DNA of 58,673 nucleotides, taken from positions 1 to 58,673 of the forward strand of contig DASTDQ010000142.1 of the NCBI GenBank assembly GCA_035710305.1. Direction: 5' to 3'. The position numbers and the translations under genes were made by a program. The notes under the pieces are model-generated. The model searched no databases and was not told where the DNA came from. It saw nothing but the letters and a program-made list of their open reading frames with translations. The stretch comes from Vicinamibacterales bacterium. GTDB taxonomy: Bacteria; Acidobacteriota; Vicinamibacteria; Vicinamibacterales; UBA2999. Positions 25,286 through 33,049 of this stretch are shown here, piece by piece; position 1 is the first letter of the stretch, and each line of letters starts with the position of its first letter.

Positions 25286-26476
25286 ATGCGATTGGCCGGG
25301 CGCAACGACGTTGTCCTGATGGTGGGACTGACGGTCGCCCTGTTTGTCATCTTCTCCCAGCCGGTCTCGCGGCTGCTCGACTACATCCGCGAGATCGAGG
25401 CGGCCCGGGGGCTTCACCTGCTGCCGGCCCTCTTCATCCTCGCGACCGTGTTCAGCTTCCACCAGATCCGGAAGCGGCAGGAGATGCGCGAGGAGGCCCG
25501 CGCCGTGGCCGCCGACGCCAACAGCGCGACCGAGCGCGCGTCCGAGATGTCGAGGCTCGTAGCCTTCGGCCATGCGCTGGCGCGTGCGATGGACAGCGAC
25601 TCGAGCGACTCGATTCGCGACGTCGCCGTCGCCCACATTCCGTTGCTCGTCCCCGGCAGGAATACCTGGGTGATGACCCGCGTGCGGAGCGGCCATTGGG
25701 AATCGCTCGTGGCCATCGGGGAATCGTCGCCCATCGAACGCGAGCGCGCCGCGCGCCGCGCGCTCGGGGAAGCCGAGCCGCTCGTCGGACTGGCCCCGAC
25801 TGAAATCTGCTTCCCGATGATCGTCGCGGGGACGCCGGAAGGCGTCCTCGGCGTCGCGCCGGAGCCTCCGCTCACCAACCATCAGCGAAGCGTGCTGAGC
25901 GCCGCCGCCGCGCTGCTCGCGGTGTCGCTCAAGAACTCCCAACTGCTCCGCGAAGTGCGCGAGAACAGCGTTCGGGACGGTCTCACGAGTTGCTTCAACC
26001 GGGGCCACGCACTCGAAGTGCTCGACGCCGAGATCAGGCGCGCGAGGCGTTCCAAGCTGCCGCTCTCGCTCGTCATGTTCGATCTCGACGGTTTCAAGGA
26101 GGTCAACGATCAGTACGGTCACCTCTGCGGCGACGCCGTGCTCGCATCCGTTGGAACGAAGATGAAGTCGGAGCTGCGGGGAAGCGATCTGAAGTGCCGG
26201 TGGGGCGGCGACGAGTTCATGGTCATCCTGCCGGACACGCCACTCGGCGGAGCACGACAGGTGTCAGAGAATCTGCGCCGGCAGATCGAAACGCAGACCG
26301 TCGCGTGGAACGACGACTACGTGAAGGTGACTGCCAGCTTCGGGATCACCGTGATCAACCCGGCCGATCAGGATCCCCTGACCGCGGTCGCGCGCGCCGA
26401 CGCCGCGTTGTATCGAGCCAAGGAACGCGGGCGGAACAACGTCCAGGTCCAGGAGCAGCCGGCCGCCCTCGTCTAG
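25286..26476 (+). CDS. Membrane-anchored diguanylate cyclase (GGDEF)
   Basis: Two N-terminal TM helices and a sensor region. Intact GGDEF with an RGSD I-site 5 residues upstream. Confidence 0.9.
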   Translation: MRLAGRNDVVLMVGLTVALFVIFSQPVSRLLDYIREIEAARGLHLLPALFILATVFSFHQIRKRQEMREEARAVAADANSATERASEMSRLVAFGHALARAMDSDSSDSIRDVAVAHIPLLVPGRNTWVMTRVRSGHWESLVAIGESSPIERERAARRALGEAEPLVGLAPTEICFPMIVAGTPEGVLGVAPEPPLTNHQRSVLSAAAALLAVSLKNSQLLREVRENSVRDGLTSCFNRGHALEVLDAEIRRARRSKLPLSLVMFDLDGFKEVNDQYGHLCGDAVLASVGTKMKSELRGSDLKCRWGGDEFMVILPDTPLGGARQVSENLRRQIETQTVAWNDDYVKVTASFGITVINPADQDPLTAVARADAALYRAKERGRNNVQVQEQPAALV

Positions 26477-26946
26477 GGGGCGCCCTCGCCGGACGTCCGG
26501 GGAGCCGGTCCGAGCGCGAACGTCATCGTCCCATCCACGACGACGCGTCCGTTCACGCGCGCGTATCCGTGAAGCTGACCGACGCGGCTCCGGAGGCTCT
26601 TGACCCGAGCTTCGATCTCGACCACGTCCCCCGCATAGACCTGCCGTCTGAACCGCACGCGTTCGATCCCCCTGAACAGCGGGATCCTTCCCCGGTTCTC
26701 CGGTTTCGTGAGGATGAGTATGGCGCCGACCTGTGCGATGCACTCGGTCAGAATCGTCGGGGGCAGCGACGCCGCTTCGCCCGGGTGATGCGCGAGACAG
26801 CGTTCGTTGAGCGAGACGTTCTTCACGCCCACGATCCGCTTGTCCGGCTCGAGCTCCGTGATGCGGTCCACGAGCAGAAACGGATAGCGATGCGGCAGGA
26901 TGCGCTCGATGGCGCTGTAGTCGAGGGGTAGCGTCAGAGGGTCCAT
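26473..26946 (-). CDS. fabZ: FabZ-like 3-hydroxyacyl-ACP dehydratase (hot-dog fold)
   Basis: LPHRYPFLLVDRI...VGVKNVSLNE...ECIAQ pattern. Confidence 0.8.
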   Translation of the reverse strand: MDPLTLPLDYSAIERILPHRYPFLLVDRITELEPDKRIVGVKNVSLNERCLAHHPGEAASLPPTILTECIAQVGAILILTKPENRGRIPLFRGIERVRFRRQVYAGDVVEIEARVKSLRSRVGQLHGYARVNGRVVVDGTMTFALGPAPRTSGEGAP

Positions 26947-27007
26947 CGCGAATTGTCAGTATAATTCGTTCCACCCTCGCCAAGCGTTTCGTACGTCCGC
27001 ATCTCCC

Positions 27008-28813
27008 ATGAGTGACCAGGTCCCGCACCCGCCTCAGCCCGTCGCACGCGATCAAGGAAGTGGCGGCCGCGTCCCCACTGATACCGAGCTCCTCTCGACG
27101 CTGTTCGACCTCGGGCGGGAGGTGACATCGGTGCTGGACCTCGAGGAGCTGCTGGCCAAGATTCCGCAAATCATCGCGCGCCTCACGAGGTTCAGCGCGT
27201 TCTCCGTGTATCTGCTCGACGAGAAGCGGCAGGAGCTCCGCATCGCGTACGCGGTCGGCTACCCGGAGGAGGCCTCGAACCTGCGCCTCCCCGTCGGCCA
27301 GGGTGTCGTCGGTGCCGCTGTCGCCGAAGGCCGCCCGATTCTCGTCAACGACATACGCCAGGAGCCGCGCTACCGGGGACCGCTCCGCAACATGCTCTCG
27401 CAGCTCGCCGTGCCGCTTCGCCGCAAGGGCAGGGTGATCGGCGCCCTCAATCTGCTCAACGAAGCCGAAGGGGCATTCAGTACGCAGGATGAAGCGCTGC
27501 TGCGGCAGTTCGGGGCGCACGTCGCAGTCGCGATCGAGAACGCCCGGCTGTTCAAGTCCGAGCGCCAATACAACGACACGCTCGAGACGCTCGCCGAAAT
27601 CGGCCGCGATTTGTCGTCGATTCTCGATCTCGACGCGCTGCTGACACGGATCGCCAGCCTGATGAAGCGGCTCATCGACTACCGCACATTCGGAATCCTT
27701 CTGCTCAACGAGGACTCCGGCGAGCTCGAGATGAAGTTCGCCGTTCGTTACGGGCAGGGCGCCGAGTCGAAGCACATCAAGCTCGGCGAAGGCCTCGTCG
27801 GATGGGCAGCGCTGCACAAGGAGCCGGTCCTGGTTGCCGATGTCTCCAAGGACCCTCGCTACATCAACGTCGTCGCCGACGTACGGTCGGAGCTCGTGCT
27901 CCCGATGCTCGTCAAGGATCGCTGCATCGGTGTGTTCGACCTCGAGAGCCCCGAGCTCGACGCATTCAGCAAGGAGCATCAGGAACTGCTGACGCTGCTC
28001 GCCGGCCAGGCGGCGATTGCCATCGACAACGCGCGGCTTTACGAGGAAGTTCGACACAACGAAGAGCGGATCGAGCGCGAGCTCCGGTTCGCCCGGCGCG
28101 TCCAGCACGCGCTCCTGCCGGTCGGGCCGCCGAAGACCCTGCGGGAAGCCGACGTCGCGGCGCGCTACGAGTCGGCGCACGAGCTCGGAGGGGACATTCA
28201 CGATTTCTTGGCGCCGAAGCGCGACGCGCTGGTCGTCGCCGTTGGCGACGTCTCCGGCAAGGGCGCGCCGGCGGCCTTGTACGGAATGTTCGCGGCTGAA
28301 CTGGTTCGTTCGCACACGATGGTTCGCCGCTTCTCGCATGAACGCTTCAGTGTCTCGGGAGTGCTGAAGGCCATCAACACCCTGCTGTACGAGCGGCAGC
28401 TCGAGGCGTACTACTGCACGCTGTGCTACGCCTTCTTCGACTTTTCGCGCCGAGTGCTCACGCTCTCCAATTCAGGACTCCCGTACCCGATTCAATGCAC
28501 CGCCACTTCGTGCGGGCAGATCGAATTGCCGGGGCTGCCGCTGGGCTCCTTTCCCGGGGCGACCTACGACGAAGTCGCGATCGACCTCCACAAGGGGGAT
28601 ATCTTCGTGTTCGCCACCGACGGGATCCTCGAGACACTCAACGACGGGGGGGTCGAGTTCGGTGCTCTCCGATTGGCCGAGGTCGTCCAGAGCAATCGCG
28701 ACCAGTCGGCACGGACCATCGTCGACAGGATTTTCGACGCCGCGAACGGGTTTCGAGGCAGCAGGCCGCAGGCCGATGACATGACCGCGGTCGCGGTCAA
28801 GATCACGGTGTAG
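27008..28813 (+). CDS. GAF-GAF-PP2C (SpoIIE/RsbU-type) protein phosphatase
   Basis: Two GAF modules, then the PP2C motifs ELGGDIHDF and VAVGDVSGKGAPAAL, with C-terminal DDMTAVAV. Confidence 0.9.
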   Translation: MSDQVPHPPQPVARDQGSGGRVPTDTELLSTLFDLGREVTSVLDLEELLAKIPQIIARLTRFSAFSVYLLDEKRQELRIAYAVGYPEEASNLRLPVGQGVVGAAVAEGRPILVNDIRQEPRYRGPLRNMLSQLAVPLRRKGRVIGALNLLNEAEGAFSTQDEALLRQFGAHVAVAIENARLFKSERQYNDTLETLAEIGRDLSSILDLDALLTRIASLMKRLIDYRTFGILLLNEDSGELEMKFAVRYGQGAESKHIKLGEGLVGWAALHKEPVLVADVSKDPRYINVVADVRSELVLPMLVKDRCIGVFDLESPELDAFSKEHQELLTLLAGQAAIAIDNARLYEEVRHNEERIERELRFARRVQHALLPVGPPKTLREADVAARYESAHELGGDIHDFLAPKRDALVVAVGDVSGKGAPAALYGMFAAELVRSHTMVRRFSHERFSVSGVLKAINTLLYERQLEAYYCTLCYAFFDFSRRVLTLSNSGLPYPIQCTATSCGQIELPGLPLGSFPGATYDEVAIDLHKGDIFVFATDGILETLNDGGVEFGALRLAEVVQSNRDQSARTIVDRIFDAANGFRGSRPQADDMTAVAVKITV

Positions 28814-29154
28814 CTGTTGGCGCTTGGGACCCGGTGAGGAAGACGGTCGCGTCCGGATCGTGAATAGGGCCCGGAGCACGGCGATGCCAGCGCCTGCCTG
28901 AAGGTTACGTACCCCGGTGATCCGGCGCGACCTGTCTCCCGTTAATTCAAGATGCGTGCCCCGTGATCCCGGTCGAATTGCGGCAGAATTCGAGGCTCGT
29001 TTCTCCGCGAGCGTCCACCTCTGGAGTCGCGGCCGATCTTGGCGCCGTCCCCTGAACTGTCCGATCGACCGGGCATTGACCAACTTTCAGACCCGTTCCG
29101 GCGTCTGAGTAGCTGAAACACGGTCACGGCCACATCCGGCCGAGAGGTCAACGT

Positions 29155-29994
29155 ATGAGAAAGATGATCGTCGCAGGCGGGATTCTGGCCGCTGTTGCCT
29201 TGGTCGCAGGAGTCGTCGTGGCCCTCGCCCCGTCCGCCGTCGCGCAGCAGGGGCGTTACTCCCCCTTCCTGATCACCGAGGGCCCTGGCTCGTCGATAGG
29301 TGTCGCCGTACGCGACAGCGATACCGACGAGGCTCGGAAAGCCGGGACAAACGGTGTCGTCGTTCAGGAAGTCCGCGAAGGGACGCCGGCTGCCCGCGCG
29401 GGCGTGCGCACAGGCGACCTGATTGTCGACTTCGACGGTGAGCGCGCGCGAAGCGCGAGCCAGCTCACCAGGGTTGTGCGTGAGACCGCTCCGGGGCGGG
29501 CGGTCAAGATGACCATCGTCCGCGATGCGTCCCGGCAGACGCTCGACATCACCCCCGAAGCCCGCGGGGCGGACAACATCATGTCGAACATCGTCGCCAA
29601 CGTCCGCACGACGCCCGGGGTGGACGGCCGCAACTTCGCGTTCGACTATCTGACCTTTGACGGCGCGTTCTCACGCCAACGACTCGGTGTGACCGTCACG
29701 CAGCTCACCGATCAGCTCGCGACGTATTTTGGCGTCAAGCAGGGCGTGCTCGTTTCTGAAGTGACATCGGGCTCCCCGGCGGAAACGGCAGGCGTCAAGG
29801 CCGGAGACATCATCACGACAGTAAACAGTCGCGCCGTGTCCACGGCGGACGACGTCGTTAGAGAGGTACGGGCAGCTGCACCAGGTTCGGCCGTCGAAGT
29901 TCGTGTGATGCGGGATCGGAAGCAGCTGACGTTGACGGCGAAAGTGCCGGAGCCAAGCCGTCCGCCAACTGTATTCAGCGGTCGGACGATCTAG
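29155..29994 (+). CDS. Secreted protein with two PDZ domains (no protease domain)
   Basis: Signal/anchor segment. Two PDZ-like repeats (GVVVQEVREGTPAARAGVRTGDLIV and GVLVSEVTSGSPAETAGVKAGDIIT). Confidence 0.8.
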   Translation: MRKMIVAGGILAAVALVAGVVVALAPSAVAQQGRYSPFLITEGPGSSIGVAVRDSDTDEARKAGTNGVVVQEVREGTPAARAGVRTGDLIVDFDGERARSASQLTRVVRETAPGRAVKMTIVRDASRQTLDITPEARGADNIMSNIVANVRTTPGVDGRNFAFDYLTFDGAFSRQRLGVTVTQLTDQLATYFGVKQGVLVSEVTSGSPAETAGVKAGDIITTVNSRAVSTADDVVREVRAAAPGSAVEVRVMRDRKQLTLTAKVPEPSRPPTVFSGRTI

Positions 29995-30101
29995 TGGACT
30001 GTATCAACTGGAAGAGTACCGCGGACAACGATCTTCGACCGCGATTTGCCGGCCGCGACAACGGAGCGGCCGGTAGTAATCCGCGAAGGACATACCACTA
30101 G
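29991..30101. mobile_element. CTAG-bounded MITE-like repeat, copy A (fills the whole convergent intergenic gap)
   Basis: The first 20 nt CTAGTGGACTGTATCAACTG are identical to the reverse complement of 53676-53695. About 45 further nt are recognisably homologous. The far end is an inverted CCACTAG. Both CTAG ends contain the TAG stops of the flanking genes. Confidence 0.6.
30049..30073. terminator. Perfect 8-bp GC hairpin CCGGCCGC-N9-GCGGCCGG inside repeat copy A
   Basis: Read directly. Lies between convergent genes. No U-tract. Confidence 0.45.
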
Positions 30102-31270
30102 CTGGACGCCGTCCGTTCGAACGGCAGTATGTCGGCTGGCTCAGTGGAGCTGCCCGCAGGCCAGGGTGCAACAACGGCCGACAGCTGCGCGGCGACGAGA
30201 CTCACAGTCGCCTGAGTCGTTTTGTCCGACACGCGCTCGGAATTGACCTCGACGGCCAGCACACCGATGCACCGGTCGGTTCCGAGCATCGGGGCGACGA
30301 CGGCTCCTCTCGACGTCGCCTCGCCACCCACCGTCTGCAACTGTCCTGTTCGCCATGCGGCCGCCGTCGCGTTGACTGCTCCCTTGGCGATTGGACCAAG
30401 CCGGCCTAGTTGTCCGAGGTCGTACCCGTAGGCCGCTGCCGGGAACAGTTCCTCGCCACCGGCCATCCAGACGACGACCCCCGGCGCGGCGAGCAGGTTC
30501 CCGGTCCGTTCGAGGAGACGCTCGAGGTCCTCTCTCGACTTCATGCGTCCGATTGCCGTGCAGAGGTTCGCGACCGCCGGCAGGTCGAGCGGTGCGGGTT
30601 TCAGGTCGAGCTCGAAGACCGAACGGTCCGCGGCGGCAGGCGCGGAAGGGGTGACGCTCTCGTGTACGGGCGTGGAAGACGACGAAGGCCCGCGTGTGGC
30701 GCGCACAAGGGCCCATGCGAAGAGCAGCGCCGTCAAGCCCATCGCTGCCGCAATCGTCCTCAGATCCGAGGCTCTGGCGACCGCTGCGGCCGCGATCTCT
30801 TCCGCCCGCAGCGCGCGGAACTGCTGGCGCAGCTCGCCGCGCAGCATGTGTGTCTCGCTGAAGATCAGGTCGGCGGCCATCAGATCGAGGCCGGCCCGGA
30901 CGTTTTCGCGAGCGCTGCCTTCGATCTCCGCGATCGTCGATGACGCCGCGGCCGCAGCCCGGGCGGGGGTGCTGTTCTCAGAGAGCAGTCGAGCCAGCAG
31001 CGGAGGCGTTTCCGACGCGAGATGGTGCATCGCGTTCGACGTGCGCTCCAGCGCCGGTCCGGCGGCGCCACCAGAAGCGGCGTAGGTCAGTTCTTCCTGC
31101 GCAATCTCATCGAGGTCGGCTTCGAGCCGGTCGATTCGTCGAAGGTTGTCCTGACTGATCCGTTCAACCTCATCGACGTGCCGCACGATAGTCCAGGCCC
31201 AAAAACCCGTTCCGCAGCCGGCTGCGACGAACACGGCTGCGAGCAAGGAACTGACAATCCGCGCGTGCAT
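30098..31270 (-). CDS. Membrane-anchored GAF-domain protein
   Basis: N-terminal TM segment, coiled region, second TM segment, C-terminal GAF-like module (GAVVAPMLGTDRCIGVLAVE). Confidence 0.7.
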   Translation of the reverse strand: MHARIVSSLLAAVFVAAGCGTGFWAWTIVRHVDEVERISQDNLRRIDRLEADLDEIAQEELTYAASGGAAGPALERTSNAMHHLASETPPLLARLLSENSTPARAAAAASSTIAEIEGSARENVRAGLDLMAADLIFSETHMLRGELRQQFRALRAEEIAAAAVARASDLRTIAAAMGLTALLFAWALVRATRGPSSSSTPVHESVTPSAPAAADRSVFELDLKPAPLDLPAVANLCTAIGRMKSREDLERLLERTGNLLAAPGVVVWMAGGEELFPAAAYGYDLGQLGRLGPIAKGAVNATAAAWRTGQLQTVGGEATSRGAVVAPMLGTDRCIGVLAVEVNSERVSDKTTQATVSLVAAQLSAVVAPWPAGSSTEPADILPFERTASS

Positions 31271-31316
31271 TGGAGACCTCGACAGAATACCAAAGGTCGG
31301 AGATCGGAAATCGGTG

Positions 31317-33047
31317 CTATCGAGGAGTCGCAGGAAGCTGCTTTGGATGCAGAACGACGTAAGTGGGCAAGCCGACCGCGTTGAAGCGGTTCATGACAGA
31401 TCGTACGGGCTCCTCGTTGAACGACTCCGCCTGGAACTTGATCTTCACGTAGCCGTCCAGAGCGGCTTTCACCTTTTCGTCAGCGAGAGTGGTCCTGTCC
31501 ATGACCAGACAGTTCTTGCACCAGGTCGCCCACAGGTCGATCAGTACGGGCTTCTGGTCGCGCTGAGCAACGGCCAGCCCTTCCCGAAGCGAACCGTACC
31601 AGCCGGCTTTCAGTTTCTCCTCGATGCTCGACGCAACCTCACGAGCGTCCACCCAGCGGTCGGCGAACAAACCGTAGGCGAGATAGCCGTAGTAAGCCGC
31701 CGTGGCCAGGATAAGGACGCCAAAGCCCTGCTTCACCCGAACCATCCAGGTACCGGGTTTGGGCAGCGCCGTGAGGCCTGCTCCCGCCAGCGGCCACGGG
31801 ACGGCCATGCCGATTCCAAGCAGGAACGGCAGAGCCAGTGCGGCAGCCGTTCCCCTCGCGTAGAGATCGCTCGAAAACAACACGACCTGAATCACGACAG
31901 GCGCAACACACGCCCCCGCCAACAGCGCTGCGACCGCGCCCATGCCGAAAGCCAAAGCGAGGCTCCCACGCTGCGAGCCCGTGCCGAGTGTCCCGGAGAA
32001 GCGAGAGAAGTCGATCGTCAGCACGTCGAACATCGCCAGGGCCAGCGCAATGAAGACGACGGCAATCGCCAGGTTGAACCAAGGTGAAGAGTTGATCGTG
32101 CCGAACTGGCCAGCCGTCAGGATCACGATGAGTCCCAGGACTCCGTAGACGGCAGCCATTGCACCGCCGTATACGGCACCCAGCAGAAAGCCCCTGCCTC
32201 GCGAACCCGACCCGGCTCCCGCGCCGATGATCGCAAGATTGATCGGGATCATCGGAAGCACGCAGGGCGTGAGATTGAGCGCCAGGCCTCCGAGCAGCAC
32301 GAGCAGCAGAATCGCCACGGGCCCACGGCCCTCGAAAAGCCCGCGGGGCGCGACACCAGACTCGGCATCCCTGACGAATTGGAGAAACGCGTCGGTGCCC
32401 TGGTATCCACCGGTTGTCGCGACCATCGTGAACTGGTCCAGAAGCTCGGTGCTGTCCGCGGTGGTGCCTCGGGGTGCGATCGGAATGCTTTCCCTCGCAA
32501 CCGGGGCTCGACCGCGGCCAAACGCGATGCGCCCGAAAACCTCGGGATGCCGTGCGGTCCGGGGTGCGCCTGCGCCAACGATGGTGAGTGGCCAGTGCAG
32601 GTCCGCTGTGATCGGCGGATAGCAGAGCCTCTCATCGCAGGCCTGATAGCGAAGCGTCGCGGGGACGCTGACAGCCCCGAGTGGGGCGCCAGGAGCGACG
32701 TCGAGACGAACGCCTATGGCGAATTCCTGTTCGAACACGGCCAGGGGCTCGGCCTGGCCTATTTGTTCGAAGTCGGTCGCCTCGGGGAACACGATCTCGC
32801 CGACCGTGACGCCGTCCGGCGGGTCGATGGTCAGTACGGTTGGAATCAGGCTCGGGTCGCGAGGCGCGTCCGATTGCACGTGGAACCGGTCCGGCAGACG
32901 AACCTGAAGTGCCGCACGCACGGAGGCCCCGGCAGCCGCGTCGGATTCGACAATCGGTGCCAGCTCCGCCTGGATGCCTCGAAGTTGCGCAGCGGCGACC
33001 TGGAGTGCGACAAGGAGCAGCGCAACGACCGAGACCAGCCCCCGCAC
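31317..33047 (-). CDS. dsbD: DsbD-like thiol:disulfide interchange protein (N-domain, CcdA-type TM core, C-terminal thioredoxin)
   Basis: TM-core motif LNLTPCVLPMIPI and thioredoxin WATWCKNC. The GTG at 33047 gives a signal peptide and sits 2 nt after the upstream stop. The longer ORF to 33191 overlaps that gene. Confidence 0.8.
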   Translation of the reverse strand: MRGLVSVVALLLVALQVAAAQLRGIQAELAPIVESDAAAGASVRAALQVRLPDRFHVQSDAPRDPSLIPTVLTIDPPDGVTVGEIVFPEATDFEQIGQAEPLAVFEQEFAIGVRLDVAPGAPLGAVSVPATLRYQACDERLCYPPITADLHWPLTIVGAGAPRTARHPEVFGRIAFGRGRAPVARESIPIAPRGTTADSTELLDQFTMVATTGGYQGTDAFLQFVRDAESGVAPRGLFEGRGPVAILLLVLLGGLALNLTPCVLPMIPINLAIIGAGAGSGSRGRGFLLGAVYGGAMAAVYGVLGLIVILTAGQFGTINSSPWFNLAIAVVFIALALAMFDVLTIDFSRFSGTLGTGSQRGSLALAFGMGAVAALLAGACVAPVVIQVVLFSSDLYARGTAAALALPFLLGIGMAVPWPLAGAGLTALPKPGTWMVRVKQGFGVLILATAAYYGYLAYGLFADRWVDAREVASSIEEKLKAGWYGSLREGLAVAQRDQKPVLIDLWATWCKNCLVMDRTTLADEKVKAALDGYVKIKFQAESFNEEPVRSVMNRFNAVGLPTYVVLHPKQLPATPR

Positions 33048-33049
33048 GG

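Noticed and set aside
26951-26968. TATAAT hexamer (26960-26965) inside a GAATT-N8-AATTC inverted repeat, considered as the promoter of the GAF-PP2C gene
   Set aside because: There is no acceptable -35 or extended -10 at the correct spacing. It is plausible but unsupported, so I did not list it as a feature.
26264-28339. 691-aa ORF on the minus strand, plus similar long ORFs at 3717-5219 (-), 6719-8116 (-), 17920-19242 (-), 19885-20928 (+), 23549-24784 (+), 33647-35410 (+), 36041-37501 (+), 37583-39262 (+), 47913-49049 (-), 52334-53695 (+), 53740-54960 (+) and 55741-57282 (-)
   Set aside because: Each lies antisense to a gene with unmistakable conserved motifs. Their translations are Arg/Gly/Pro/Asp-rich with no recognisable domains. 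This is the expected behaviour of stop-poor shadow frames in high-GC DNA.
29996-30010. ACTGTATCAACTG within the repeat end, considered as a LexA (SOS) box because rmuC is sometimes SOS-regulated
   Set aside because: The sequence is not palindromic (CTGT...ACTG rather than CTGT...ACAG). It also lies at the 3' ends of genes, not in promoters.
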